The position numbers were made by a program, and so were the translations under genes. Positions 37,421-50,486 of a DNA stretch of 64,000 nt are shown one piece after another (position 1 is the first letter of the stretch; every line of letters begins with the position of its first letter). The DNA lies in the NCBI RefSeq assembly GCF_000143415.4, contig NW_003314279.1, positions 186,001-250,000 of the forward strand. The letters are read 5' to 3'. The notes beneath the pieces were generated by a model. It ran no database searches. It had not been told where the DNA came from and worked only from the letters and a program-made list of their open reading frames with translations. The stretch is from Selaginella moellendorffii. Taxonomy: Eukaryota; Plantae; Lycopodiophyta.

Positions 37421-38074
37421 ATGGCTTTCATCAAAATTGTCACGGTGGCATTCTTTCTGTGCTTAGGTATTATTGGAGTTTTGGGTGATGAGGATCCTCT
37501 CCAGGATTTCTACGTGGAGGATCCAAACTCCAATATTCTCATCAACGGAGTCCCTTGCAAAGATCCCACCACAGTCACTGCCGATGACTTCACCTCCACC
37601 ATCCTTCGCCAGGGTCCAGTCACAAACAACACACTGCGAATCCAAGTCGACTTGATCGATATTACAATGTTTCCAGGCCTCAACACACAGGGACTCTCTA
37701 TTGCTCGCCTGGCATTTGGTCCATTTGGCGTGAATCCTCCACACAACCATCCTCGAGCGTCCGAGGTCATCTGGCTCCTCCAGGGACACCTCTACGTTGG
37801 ATTTGTGTCAACTTCCAACCAATTGTTTGCAAAGGTTTTGCATCCCGGTGATCTGTTCATCTTTCCCAGGGGTCTCGTTCACTTCCAGCGAAACCTGGAT
37901 AACTTGGACACTGTTGCGGTGGCTGCGCTTGGAAGCCAAAACCCGGGAAGAACAGACATGGCTAGAGCGTTGTTCCAGACCACACCAAACATCATGAATG
38001 AAGTTCTTGAGGCAGCTTTGCAGGTTGACGAAAATGAGATTGATAACTTACGTCGTGGAGTGAGCCGCACTTGA
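37421..38074 (+). CDS. Germin-like protein (cupin), intronless
   Basis: Signal peptide, DEDPLQD, PGLNTQGLS, GVNPPHNHPRASE, PRGLVHFQ. Confidence 0.93.
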   Translation: MAFIKIVTVAFFLCLGIIGVLGDEDPLQDFYVEDPNSNILINGVPCKDPTTVTADDFTSTILRQGPVTNNTLRIQVDLIDITMFPGLNTQGLSIARLAFGPFGVNPPHNHPRASEVIWLLQGHLYVGFVSTSNQLFAKVLHPGDLFIFPRGLVHFQRNLDNLDTVAVAALGSQNPGRTDMARALFQTTPNIMNEVLEAALQVDENEIDNLRRGVSRT

Positions 38075-38128
38075 GTCAGAGAGTCAAACTAATAAATGTT
38101 TTGCAAAAGTTGCAATTAACAAGGAAAT

Positions 38129-38190
38129 CCGATCTTAACTCAATTGGCAGAGCGGAGGACTCTAGTGGTGCTCAGAAGTCCTTTCGATTG
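38129..38190 (+). pseudogene. Truncated tRNA-Tyr-derived sequence with CTA anticodon
   Basis: CCGATCTTAACTCAATTGGCAGAGCGGAGGACTCTAG matches the tRNA-Tyr 5' half followed by an intron-like stretch; T-arm and acceptor 3' strand are missing. Confidence 0.65.
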
Positions 38191-38936
38191 TACTTCATTG
38201 TTTAAGTTTAGCAGTGCAAGGTGGCCATGGATTCCCTCTCGTAGTTTTTCTTCCTCATGCTCATTCTTTCTCCAAGAATTTTGTGCCGTTCCTTGCAAGC
38301 ATGAATCCTGTTTATCCCTATGTTATGGCAGATTTTATAATTTTACAGCCAAATGGAAAAGAGGTAATTTATATATCTAATGAGAAATTGTTTTATATCT
38401 GTCCACCATGATATCCACTATAAGACACTTTGTTGGAAAAAAGTCACACTAGAATAAACTTCTATTTAAAAATTCTACATGATATATAGAACATGCATGT
38501 AGAATTTTATATCTTTGACAGTAGCTAATAAAAATAATCAAAATCTTTGTAACACAACGCATGAACACAATCTCACTGCTAGAAGATAGGAAATAGCGAA
38601 CACGTTAGGCACTAAAAGCAAGCATGTCCAGATGCATTGGGCACATATTAGATGGATGTTCTTAACTCAGTCCTATGTTAAGTTGGCGATCTGTTACTTC
38701 CCGTAAATAGTGTGCTAATCAGTATACGAAAGCTTATGTGTACGGACAGCGCTGCTTCTTTGAAGCCATTGAATCCAAGTGTTCGATTGTAAAGTCTTTT
38801 GTGTAGGCAACGAAGTGCGATTTCAAATGCTCTACAGCTAGAATAAGAGGAATGTACGGACAATTCCCCTGTATAAATACGCATACCAAAGCCTTCCTCC
38901 CAAGCATCTCTGCATCGATCAATCAATAACACCTCA

Positions 38937-39602
38937 ATGGCTAAGTTTTCCCAAGTTTTTGTTGCTCTTATTGCAGTTTTCGCAATTGCCAATGTTGTAG
39001 TCGTGCGGGGTGATGAAGATCCCCTCCAAGACGTCTGCGTTGAGGATCCCAACTCCAGAGTCTTCATCAATGGAGTTCCTTGCAAGGATCCCAGCACCGT
39101 GACCGCCGACGATTTCACCTCCACCATCCTCCGGGAGCCTGCAAACACCACCAACACTCTCAACATCATGGTCCAGCTGATCGATATCACAATGTTCCCA
39201 GGCCTCAACACGCAAGGACTCTCCATCGCCCGCCTCTCATTCGGTCCATTCGGAGTGAATCCTCCCCACGTCCATCCCCGATCATCCGAGGTCATATATT
39301 GCCTCCAGGGACGCATCTACGCTGGGTTTGTGACGACTTCCAACAGGCTGTTCGAGAAGGTTTTGTATCCCGGGGACTTGTTTGTCTTTCCTCGAGGGCT
39401 TGTCCACTTCCAGCGGAACCTTGACCCGGTCAGCGCTCTCGCGATCGCCACTCTTGGGAGTCAAAACCCTGGTCGCACGGATGTGGCCAGGGCTCTTTTC
39501 CAAACTCCAGAATCTGATAATCTGAACGAAGTGATCGAAGCAGCTCTCCAAGTTGACGAGAAAGTGATTGAAGCCCTTCGCGCTGGAGTGAGTCAGACTT
39601 GA
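38937..39602 (+). CDS. Germin-like protein, tandem paralog
   Basis: DEDPLQDVCV, NGVPCK, GVNPPHVHPRSSE, PRGLVHFQ; TATAAAT about 65 bp upstream. Confidence 0.93.
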   Translation: MAKFSQVFVALIAVFAIANVVVVRGDEDPLQDVCVEDPNSRVFINGVPCKDPSTVTADDFTSTILREPANTTNTLNIMVQLIDITMFPGLNTQGLSIARLSFGPFGVNPPHVHPRSSEVIYCLQGRIYAGFVTTSNRLFEKVLYPGDLFVFPRGLVHFQRNLDPVSALAIATLGSQNPGRTDVARALFQTPESDNLNEVIEAALQVDEKVIEALRAGVSQT

Positions 39603-39769
39603 GAAAGAGTTCTATACTCAATTGTTAAAGGTAAGAAAGAAAGTTCTGTTTTTCTTAAGTTTAAGAAATATAAATTTATTAAATAAAAAAATCCTTAAAG
39701 GATATGCGTGGAGTTTAACTTAGAACTCTAGGCTAGGCTTCGCGCATTTCTCCAGCCGCGGTGTCGTCG

Positions 39770-40490
39770 CGTGGATCACATCCTCCTCCAGTCGCGAGAG
39801 AATCGCAAGCGCGGGAATCGCAGGTCGCGGGAAGCAAAATCCGCCATGGTACGCACGCGATCCAGCGCAGCTTCGCAGGGAGCGGTAAGCGCGAGTCACA
39901 CGCAACCAGGTGGAGCTGATTTCGCAATCCAAGCGCGCGAGCGATGTTGCACGGGCACTGGATTCCGTCAAGAGGGCTGGCGTGATCGACGACAGGAATC
40001 TCCGGGATTCATCACGACCGATGCTGGAATCGTGGCTGCTGGAGCGTGCATTTTCCCAGAGCGGGGATTTTGTTTAGGCATTGCAAGCGTTTCGAGAGAC
40101 GGCGGTGGAAGGGATCAAGCCCAGCAGCTTCACGCTCTGCGGAGTCGTGGAGGCTTGCGGCGAGATCGGCGCCACTGCGATCATCCGAGTGATCCATGAG
40201 AGAGTTTTCAGTGAAGGAATGCTGCTGGGATGGATTGATTCCGGCGTATGGGAAATCGGCAGTGTGGAAGACGCGAGGAAAACTTTGGAGGGAATCGAAG
40301 AGAAGTTTTGGAACGCCGCCATAGCTGCGTGTGGTCAAGCTGGCGACTCTAAGAAAATCCAAGCTCTGGAAGGAGTTCCTCCGAACAGGGAAACTTTCCT
40401 CCAGACCTTTTGCTCGTTCCGAGGCCGGATAGAGTTCCTGGAACTTGGAGGAACATTTCCAGACAGTGGGAGCTCGGTCTCAAAGGAATG
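39770..40490 (+). pseudogene. Degenerate PLS-PPR fragment
   Basis: EGIKPSSFTLCGVVEACG, GSVEDARKTL, WNAAIAACGQAG; broken frames. Confidence 0.6.
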
Positions 40491-40499
40491 AAAATCAGC

Positions 40500-40848
40500 T
40501 GCGCAGTGATCAAGATGTTCTATACCCAGCTTCCAACACTGGAGGAACTGAACTTAAGTTTGCCATACAAGCTTCCATTCTTGCAGGTATGGAGTTCGCT
40601 TTCTATGTCTTGTTTTTCTTAAACTTTTGCTGTAGGATTCCTGAAGTGCGAGGTCAGCCATCTTACGGAAAAAAAAAAAAAACAAGGAAAAGGAAAATGT
40701 CTGTCCGCTTGTTATTCCAGGTCGCCGAAGGATCGCGAATCACGATTCTCTACTTGCACAGGTTTCTTTTCTCGCGCTACGATGATTGTCCTCACCAAAT
40801 CTTTGCAGATTCAACTCAAATTCAATGAAGATCGCGAGAACTTGCAAT
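40500..40848 (+). pseudogene. Decayed copy of IFT43 3' exons
   Basis: LPTLEELNLSLPYKLPF, IQLKFNE; exons truncated, in-frame stop. Confidence 0.65.
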
Positions 40849-40871
40849 AAAAGTGTGTTTTATTTTGACAA

Positions 40872-42388
40872 TCAAATGTATGCCTGTGGGTTCAAGCGTG
40901 TGCACGGCACCAGCCTGAGTGGAGAAGCTCTGGGAACACTAAGACCAAACTTCTCCGCCATGTCCAACTCTTTGCCATCCGGCGCAGCCCAGTCAAACGC
41001 ATGAAGCAAGCTTCCGAGCACGAACTGGACGGTGGTAGTCCCCAGGAGGATCCCCGGGCAGCTCCTCCTTCCCGATCCAAACGGCAGCAATTCGAAGCTC
41101 TGGCCTCTTACATCGATGTCCGGCTGCCGAAGAAACCGCTCGGGATCAAACTTGAGAGGCTCGTCCCACCACCTCGGGTCCCTCGCTATGGCATAGACAT
41201 TGACGAGCGCGTGAGTTCCTGCTGGAATCACGTAACCCTCCAGCTCGCAAGCTTGGATGGATTGATGGGGAATGCTCAGGGGCCCTGGAGGGTGGAGGCG
41301 CAGTGTTTCCTTGACGATGGCTTGGAGGAAAGTCAGCTTTGGAAGATCAGTCTCGTCCAGGGCCCGGTTCTCTCCGACAACCTCTTTGAGTTCCTCCTGA
41401 ACTTGAAGCATCATTGCTGGATTGTTTACGAGCTCGGCTAGAGCCCACTCCACCGTGACAGCAGCAGTGTCGGTCCCAGCAGCGATCATATCCTACGAAG
41501 TTACGTCAATGACAGGAAGAACACGGAACAGTTTACATACCAGGCAGAGAGCTTTGATGGAAGTATCGCTGAGATCTTTTCTGGCCAACATCATGTCCAG
41601 GAAATCTCTGTTGGTTCCCGGCTGCTGGCGGTGCTCGACGATCTGCTTGGCCAGATACTCGTCGAGCTGCTTGTGGATCGCGCAGATCTTCTTGGCTTGG
41701 CCGTCCATCCATCCCAGATATGGGAAGAAGTCGGCCAGAGTGTACTTCCAGCCACCGTGAACGCCTCCGTGATCAAGTCTTTGAACCTTACCGCGAGTTC
41801 CCTCTCAGCGGAGCTCCCAGAGGAGTAGCTCCGGTTCATCACCATCCTCGTCATGAAGTTGAAAGTGAGATCCAGGAGCTTGGACGTGAGCTCCACAGAA
41901 CTCATCTGGGAACTTTGGATCTCCTTCAAGAGCATCGACATCTCGGCCTTCCGGACTTGCTGGAACATCTCGACTCGCTTCGCAGTGAGGAGCTCCAGAG
42001 TGCACAGCTTCCGGACGCTCCTCCAGTGATCGCCATAGGCGGCCCAGACCATCCCAGCTCCTCCATACCCGAAGTTCTCGCCCGCAATCGTCCTGGGCCT
42101 GGAAGAAAAGACATGATCTTGCGTCTTGAGGAGCTCCCTGGCGGCCTCGGTGGTGGAAGGAACGAGCGTGTTGTGGACGCCGAGCTTGACAAGCATGAGG
42201 CCGCCATGCCTCTGGGAGAGCTTCTGCAAGGACTGGTGGGGGAGCTTACCGAGGAGATGGAGATGGCCGAGGATTGGAAGTCCCGGCGGAGATGGTGGCG
42301 ATTTGCTACGGCTGCCTCGGTTGCCACTGACAAGCTTAAGGAATACGAGAGCAATGAAAGACGCAAAACCAATCCAGAGGAACTCCAT
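40872..42388 (-). pseudogene. CYP71-clan P450, full length with a single 1-bp frameshift near 41742 (pseudogene or sequencing error)
   Basis: PPSPPGLPILGHLHLL, AGTDT, KETLRLHP, PERF, PFGSGRRSCPG; GAGTGTACTT here versus GAGTGTTACTT in the intact copy. Confidence 0.85.
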
Positions 42389-45300
42389 TGATTTCTTTGA
42401 TGGACGTAGCTTGGACTTTTATGTGTGGAATTGTTTGTTGCATTGCAATGTGATGACAATCGTGGCGGAGTATGCAAAGGAAAATAAAAACCTATCCAGT
42501 CTAACACGTAACAGTCGCTGGAAACTTCACATCTATGGCATGTTAGAAATTCAAGTTATACCTCTTCCAGTCCAGCTTTAATGTTCAAAGTCCAAGGGCT
42601 GGAGGATTTACCTTTAGCATCTTAGGACCTCAGAGTGGCCTGAAGAACGTGAGGGTGGGAGTGGAGGGAGTGAGAAGACCCCATTACAAACTTGCAAACT
42701 TGTTTGCACAGTCTCATGCTTCTTGTTGAAACTGCCAAAACAGAATATAGATAGATAGATTTTCTGTGAAGTCGCAACTTATTATCACCAGAAGAAACAA
42801 AAACTTTTCACGTTTAGTCAATCAAGGAATAGCTGTAAGTTGGATACCAACACACCAAAATCATAATTTTGCTAAACTCGCAATCTGGTCCTTGTGGATT
42901 GCTCCTAGCAGGCAATTGTCACCAAGGACTGACGCTACTGGAGCTCTTCGTGGGGTTTGTGAAGCTAGCATAGCTCATCTATTGGCAGGTCTCCTGGAGG
43001 ATTCGTTGGAGATTATAAAGAATGTAAAATAAAAATATTATGCCCATGTTAGGGGGCGACCAAAGGAGTGGGCATTAAACTCCTGACATCTGTGAACAAT
43101 GTGTGTGCTTGCTATAATCACAAAGTCATGAACAAGTCTGGCATAGTTTATCTGATCTAGATTGGAATAAGATTGAGCCCTTTGTTGGCATGATCCAGGT
43201 GCAAGTTCTCATTGTTTTTCCTTGTTCTTTTGTTGCTAGATTCAAAGTCACGCCCAGAAATATTTCTTGAAGGCCCAGGAGAACACGTACCACCTCCAAA
43301 GACCAGAGAAAAACCATGCTACCAGAAATATTATACCAGCTATGTGGATATCAACAGTATAGCCTCTTCTTTCGTTTGCAGTACCTCCTTGATCCTGTTG
43401 TTCTTTCCAGCTACACTGACACCAATTTCACTCACAGCAGTTTATCAGTTTCTTGGGCAACTAAAAGCCTCACTGCTTTGAGTGGAAGGACTCAATGAAA
43501 ACTCAAAGCAGATTCAGATGACCTTAGGCCTTCGGATAGAAATTGCTACCCAAATTAGTAAGAAAGAAAATTTTCTTTTTTAGGGGTCAAAACCCGTCAC
43601 GATTTGCCTCGATGGGTAGGAGCAGCATCGCGTGATTCTTGGCAAACGAGCACAAGGAAATCCAAACTACTTGAAGCTGGAGACAGGGAATGCAGCTTCT
43701 GGCTTAGATGTTTCTTTTCCTTTTAAACTGGCTTTCTTCAAGAAAATATCAAAGCTAAAAAGTTGGTATAGTAAGCATTCTGCATTATTGTTCCAATTCA
43801 TGAGTGCAAGGATGTTGCAACATAATAAATGTATTTTGATATCCAAGGACTTAGATTATAAATGACTAATTGATTTCCTTTTATATTAAACTTGAATTTG
43901 AAACTTTACAAATGCTTTTAATTAGAATTTTTAACGTTTTGTCATTTTAGTAACAATATTTATTTATTACTATAAAAAATTATAAAGCTTTCTAAAAAAA
44001 TTCTAAACAGTTCTTTTTACTATCTCCAGCCAATTAATAATTATTGAAGGTTTAAGAATACATTACATCAATTAAATTTTTTATAAATATTTTTATTAAG
44101 AATAATAAATTTTGATGATTTATTCATTGAATAAATAAATTATTTGATTATTCTATAACCTCTATAGAAATGTACTATATGAATTTAAACATAATTTATA
44201 AATATAGTATAAAGTATCTCTTCAAAATGATAATCAATAAATAATACTTTGATAATTTTGATGTATTATCAAAAGAGAATTTGCAAAAATAAGCATCATT
44301 ATTATGCCAGTAAAAATTCAATTGGCAAAGATGACTTCATATAAAAACTGGTTTTAATTATATTTAGCAGTGTTATTATTGTCTTTAAACAATCCATAAA
44401 ATTTTATTGTGGGACTATGAAAATACTTTTAAAATGTATAAAATAGTAGGATAAGTAGTTTTTTACCATTATACAAACAAATATTTTAAATTATTTAATT
44501 AAATAAATTAAAATATTTAAAAAAATATTGGAAAAAGTTTTAATATCTCTAAAATTTATATAATTTCTAATAATTATATTAAATTTACCTCTTCATGTTG
44601 TATATTTAGTCATTCATTTTGAAAGATTATAAATATTTTAATTCACATTAGGAAGTTTTCTTTTTGTATGATAAGAACAAAAGTAAACACATCATAATTT
44701 TATTATGATAAAGTAACTTCTATAAAATTTCTAATGGAGTTCTTTTATGAATATTTAATAATGAATACTTACTTTTTCTGTCCTATTTAAAGGAAATAAA
44801 TTCATATTTCTTTATGCTACAATAATAGAATGTGTGAATTTAAAAATATACACATTAAATTATCCCTAAACTGTACTTTATATAAACAACAAATTGAAAC
44901 TATTTTTAAGGCTTATTACATTAAGAATAGTGTAGTTGTACATCAAAACTTCATATCATTCACTCCTCTTAGAAGGATAGAAGGTGGTTAATAAGTTAGG
45001 ATCTAAAGGAAGCATTAAAGGATACATAAATGGTGCAATACATTTCTTATCCCTTTGTATAAAACTTTTTTGCTATTATATATTTATAATTTCTAGAGGA
45101 TTAGTTTGTTGAACATCATATCAAACCTTATAAATTTGTGGCCAGAGTTGCCATAGCACTTAATATAGTTTATTTTATTGAGCAAGAAGCCCTTTGAACA
45201 AACAATATACTATAAGATTGGGAAAATAAATTAATAATAAATCATCCATTTTATGCTTTATAGGTGGACAATGGTGACAATTGTCCTAAATGTGATTGTG

Positions 45301-45640
45301 GGTATTGAAAGTTATTTGTTAGTGAATCATTTTGGATATTTTTCTCTTACTATTAAAATGGTATTATTGCTTTGAATTATCAATAGAATGTAAATGATTA
45401 ATTTTTCTATTTTACTTTAGTCACTTAACTATACTTTTGACCACTTGAAAGAATCTCACAACTTTCATATGTTTTCATCCCTACTTGGGTACTTGCCAAT
45501 ACCCCAAAGCTAGCCTTCCCACTACATTGCCTTCACATTTGGTTTAATTGTTTTATGTGTTTAAGTTTGATTGAAAACACTTAAAGGCACCATTAACATA
45601 CTAGCTTATTAGGCTAAGGCCATGCTTATGTAAGTGACTA

Positions 45641-45740
45641 NNNNNNNNNNNNNNNNNNNNNNNNNNNNNNNNNNNNNNNNNNNNNNNNNNNNNNNNNNNN
45701 NNNNNNNNNNNNNNNNNNNNNNNNNNNNNNNNNNNNNNNN
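45641..45740. other. Assembly gap (100 N)
   Basis: Run of N. Confidence 1.
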
Positions 45741-48700
45741 TCTCAGACTCCATCTTGAGTCCTTATCAGACTCTATCTCAGGTCCATCTTGGACCCCATC
45801 TCAGACTCCATCTTAGACTCCTTTTTAGATTTCATCTCAGACTCCATCTCATGCTCCATCTTGACACTTCCACATGTTATGTGTTGGTCCTCTTGTGTCC
45901 CTTTTCTAGAGATTCACTTACTGCTTGCTTTATGCTTGTTTCTCGAGCTCTTCATTGGGAATTCCACTCCGAGTTTTTAGTCCACATGTGTTATGCTCGT
46001 TTGGCTTCCGCTTTGGCCACTATTACATGACACCTTCTTGGCTACACTTTGGGGCTTAGGGATTTGTGTCTCACAACTCCACCACCCATAGACGAAGTTT
46101 GAAGTCCTCATCGAATAATAAATCATTTTATAAAGTAATACTATTAAATATTACCCTTTAAGGAGTCTCTGATATAGGGACTTATCCAACTATTTGTGGT
46201 AGTTCTTTCCCTTTATTAGTTTAGTTCTCACTAAACATGTTAGAGACACCTTCTTTATCTCAATCCCTTTATTCATTCTTGAGTAGTCTCAACTTCTATC
46301 GATATAACCATTGCACTTGGAATTTTTTATTTTAACTTCTCAAAGTCAATTTTTTTGGTGTGTTTGACACTTTGCATTGCACATATTATGTAAACTCCAC
46401 TTTCCTATCCTAAGAAGTTCTCTACTTAATAGCACTATCATCATTTCTTTTATTTCATGCCACCTTTGGCATTAAGTTCTAATTATCATAATTTGTGCTA
46501 GGGTTGTCTACGGCCGTATCATTTGGCTACGTTGCCACTCCTTCCTTTGGAGCTTCCACTTTTGCCAAATTGAAGCATTTAAAAATCCATCCTTGGAAAT
46601 ATATTGCTTTTCCCACAATCTGTTAACATAAAATACATTAGTGTTGCTTGCATAACCTTTTATTTGGATTCCTTTTAATGATTCCCATAGCCCTCTCTTG
46701 GCTAATAATCTTTTGCTTCTATCATTTGATTATTGCATTAAGTAGCATAAGATCATTACCTTCATCTTTAAGGTATCCTTTTGTTTCCATAGTAAAGATT
46801 TTATTTTTGATAAGTCTAGAGAGTGTTCTTTTTAGTAAGTCTTTTTTAGCATTTTTTGTTGTGGGTTCTATCCATGACCTAACTTTGTGACCCTTCCATG
46901 GGTCTTTCCTTAGAGACTATTTTTTGGACATTGCATCGACATCGTTTATTTCCCTTATATGTCCTTTCCATTTGGTTTCCTTGATCAAGTCACACTCTTA
47001 CAGTATTCCCTAACCAAAAAAGGATCTTGTCCTTGTTTAACTACAAGATCACCTAGTGATCTCATCTTGACCCCTTAATAGGTTTGTTAATAAGAATTAG
47101 ATCTTCTAGAACTTTAAATTGTTAATTATGACCCCGGGGGCATCCCCCACACTTAACAATGCACCCAAGCCAGACCTTCTAGCCAAGGATTCATAACAAT
47201 TGAAACTAGATGCCCTCATCTCATTCACCACGGCTTTGGTGCTACTTGCACCAAAGTGTTTAAATTAGATATACCGAGCTTTCACACTAGGCAATCTAAT
47301 CATGCATCACAACTCCGAAACATCCCCTATTTGGCGGTGTGCCCAAGCTAGTCTCCGCATTAAGAGTTTATAACCACCAGAAAATGAATGTCTTCATATT
47401 CCAAACTATCACCATACCCTAGTGAGTTAACCACTAGAGGGTTGGGACTCAAACCCAACCTCTATATATACATCTAAGGATGGCATCACCTAAGATGCCT
47501 GGTGTGATTCCTCACACTAGTGCACCAAATTATATTTAAAGAATGTTATGGATCACAGCTTAGGAACTTAGTTCTTTCAAACTGCCAAGTCGTCTCATTT
47601 GACAAGTTTTTGATCATGCATGAACTCCTCCATGTTTGGCTCTATATGCCATCCCTTTTGAAGTTGACACTTTCAACTAGGGTCTTTATTCCCCTGACTT
47701 GTCAATCTCACTTAGCAAGTCATCTGACCAATGTAATATGGTTTCATGCATAAGTGTGAAAGTCCTTAACCATTGGCTTTCATTCAAAGCCATTTTTTTG
47801 AACACTTAGAAACTATTTAACCTTGATAGCCTTGCTTTATGGCAAGCTTTAAGACCATGCTTCTTCTGCTCCACTTGGATTTTGCGTAATCTATGAACCA
47901 TTTACAATTGATTTTCTAAGTACTAACATATCTAATTAGTATGTGATTGTGTATGGACTCTTCTATGCTTGGCCCCATAGGCCATCCTTTTTTAAATCAA
48001 CACCTTTAACTAAAGTCTTTGTTCCTTTAATTTGCCATTATGGCTTAGTAAGTCACTTGACTAGCATAACATGGTTTTATGCATAAGTGTGAAAATCCTT
48101 AAACATTGACTTTCTTCAAAACCATCTCTTTGAACATTTAGGAACTACTTCCTCAACTTTGATAGCCTCGCCTCATGACAAGTTTCAAAGTCATGCGTTT
48201 GCAACACCACTCTAATTTTACACATTCTTATAAATCATTTACACTTGTTTTTCTAAGTACTAACCTACCCAGTAAATTTTTTGAGAACATATAATGCTAA
48301 AACTAAAGCTTCTCCTTTTGTAAGCTTCTTAACTGCCTAGTCCAACATAGGCAATCCCATATTTTAGACTCACCATAGCACCATAGTTACTAACAATAAC
48401 ACATTCAAGTACCTACTTGATTCCCCACTCTCAATTTGTATAACCACTTTTGATTATGCTCTTTGATCTTTATAGTTTAGCTCTATCCCTTTACTACTTG
48501 CTTTTCGCCTTATACATTCCCTTTGGTTATTCACTAGAAGGGTAGTTTTGTACTTTTTACTATGCCTTAGGAAGTACTATTAAGGATAAATTTAAATCCT
48601 TTTGGGTTTGTCCAATTTAGAGAGATGGACTTCTCTTGTCTCCGTAACTTTGGACGTAAGATAGCACCTCCTATCCATTATTTACTAAGGATTTTCAATC

Positions 48701-50486
48701 TAGATATGCTCACTTTATAATTTCACACATTGAAATTAATATTACTATCCATAGGCTTTTGTATGCTTGTTACTAGCTTTGCCAAAATCCTTTTGGTTTT
48801 GTCCAATTTAAATAAATGAACTTTTCCCATCTCTACAATCTTGGATATAAGATAACACCTTCTATCTATTATTTACTAAAGACTTAATATTTTGGGTTTT
48901 ATTTAATGCATTTATGATACTCCTGGTGTTTTAGAGTGCTTAAGTGTCTTAATGATAACCTTATTTGACAATAAGCATTTCTTTTTACGTTATTGACTCA
49001 TTATATTGCAACATAAATAATTTATCCCCTAAAGGATATATCTAACCTCTTTCTTATCCTAATAAAAAGTCTTAAGAAATTAACTTTCACCAATCCCATC
49101 AATTATGCCACACCTTTTATTTAGTTGCTTCATACTCATAAAGTCTTACAACTCATTGTTAATGCTTCCACACCTCCATCATTATTTAGGTTAATACATT
49201 CAAGTTGCATACCTTCTAGCTTAAGCTATGCCAATCCCATTTTCATTGAGATTCCTTTAGTAAAGATTCATTTGCTTAACTAAATGACAATTTAAGATTT
49301 CTTTCCTTAGTGCCCTTCCGGTCTAAGTGCACATGTGATGAGCAGTTTCTCAACTAGCTTAGGCGGAGACTAATAAAGGGTTCAACAATACCAACCTCTT
49401 GCTATCATGACACTAAGGAAAGAATATCCAAAAGGATTAGACGACAGGTAATTTTCGATACCCAAAGTCACATTTGCAGCACTAGCTCTTGAACATTTCA
49501 CCAAGTTACCCCATTTGTTCATCTATGTTCACTTTAGCCTTAGACTCCTTAGTGGTTATATCATCACCCACTACATGGATATAGCTTTCCTTGGTCACAT
49601 TGGCCTTTCCTAGCTAAATTAGTTCCATTAGAGTCCTCCCTCTACTATCCTTTTAGAGCTTACCAAATCCCCCAAGGTTTGGGAGACAATTGCTTTAGAC
49701 TTTCACCCTTGGACTTGAACTCGGACTTGGATTCAGACTTGGACTCGGACTTGGACTTAGACTTGAACTCAGACTTGGACTCGGACTCAGACTCAGTCTC
49801 GATCTCAATTTCGGTCTTAGTCTCAATCTCAATCTCGGTTCTGATCATAGTCTCGGTCTCAGCCTCGATCTCAATCCCAGTCTCAGTTTCCATCTCAAAC
49901 TCAACCTCGGGCTCTATCTCAAACTCCATCTCGGACTTCATCTTGGGTCCATCTCAAACTCCTTCTTGTACTTCATCTCAAACTCCATCTCATGTCCATT
50001 TTAGACTCCAACTCAGACTCCATTTCGGACTCCAACTCAGATTCCATTTCGGACTCCATCTCAGACTCCTTCTTGGACTCCATCTCGGGTCCATCTTAGA
50101 CTCTTTCTTGGAATCTATCTTGGGTCCATCTCGGACTCGGTCCTGACACTTGCATGTATTATGTGTTAGTCCTCTTGTGTCCCTTTTTTAGAGGCTTGCT
50201 TGATCACTTTATGCTCATTCCTTGAGCACTTCTTTGAGAGTTCCACTCCCGCTTTTGATTTTTCAAGTTAGAATTTTTAGTCCAAATGTGTGATGCTCGT
50301 TTGGCTTCTGCTTTGACCACTATTAGTTTTGGTATTTAGAATATTCTTTAATCAATTAATCCAAAGAGCCTTTCCATTATAAGTCTTTGGTTACTTATCA
50401 ATAAAACCCTTGGATGTAGGACCCCAATAGTAGGCCATACCCCTCTCAACCTCATCATGGCACCCTCTTGGCTCCTGTGTCTCACA
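45741..50486 (-). mobile_element. Decayed LTR retroelement; left LTR ends at 46075 and runs into the gap, right LTR ends at 50486
   Basis: Homologous direct repeats (45741-46075 versus about 50050-50486), both starting TGTGAGA on minus; purine tract GGGTGGTGGAGT next to the left LTR; no intact ORF inside. Confidence 0.6.
49705..50145. repeat. Degenerate hexamer (GACTTG/ATCTCA) and CAGACTCCATCT-type satellite within or next to the LTR
   Basis: Visible 6- and 12-bp periodicity; gives spurious DSDLD/ETEIE ORFs. Confidence 0.8.

Noticed and set aside
35525-42388. P450-germin biosynthetic gene cluster
   Set aside because: No scaffold-forming enzyme, most P450 copies are broken, and local duplication explains the layout
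42766-43865. Short ORFs upstream of the P450
   Set aside because: No recognisable homology or consistent splice model
49660-50146. DSDLD/ETEIE repetitive ORFs
   Set aside because: Translation of a hexamer repeat associated with the LTR
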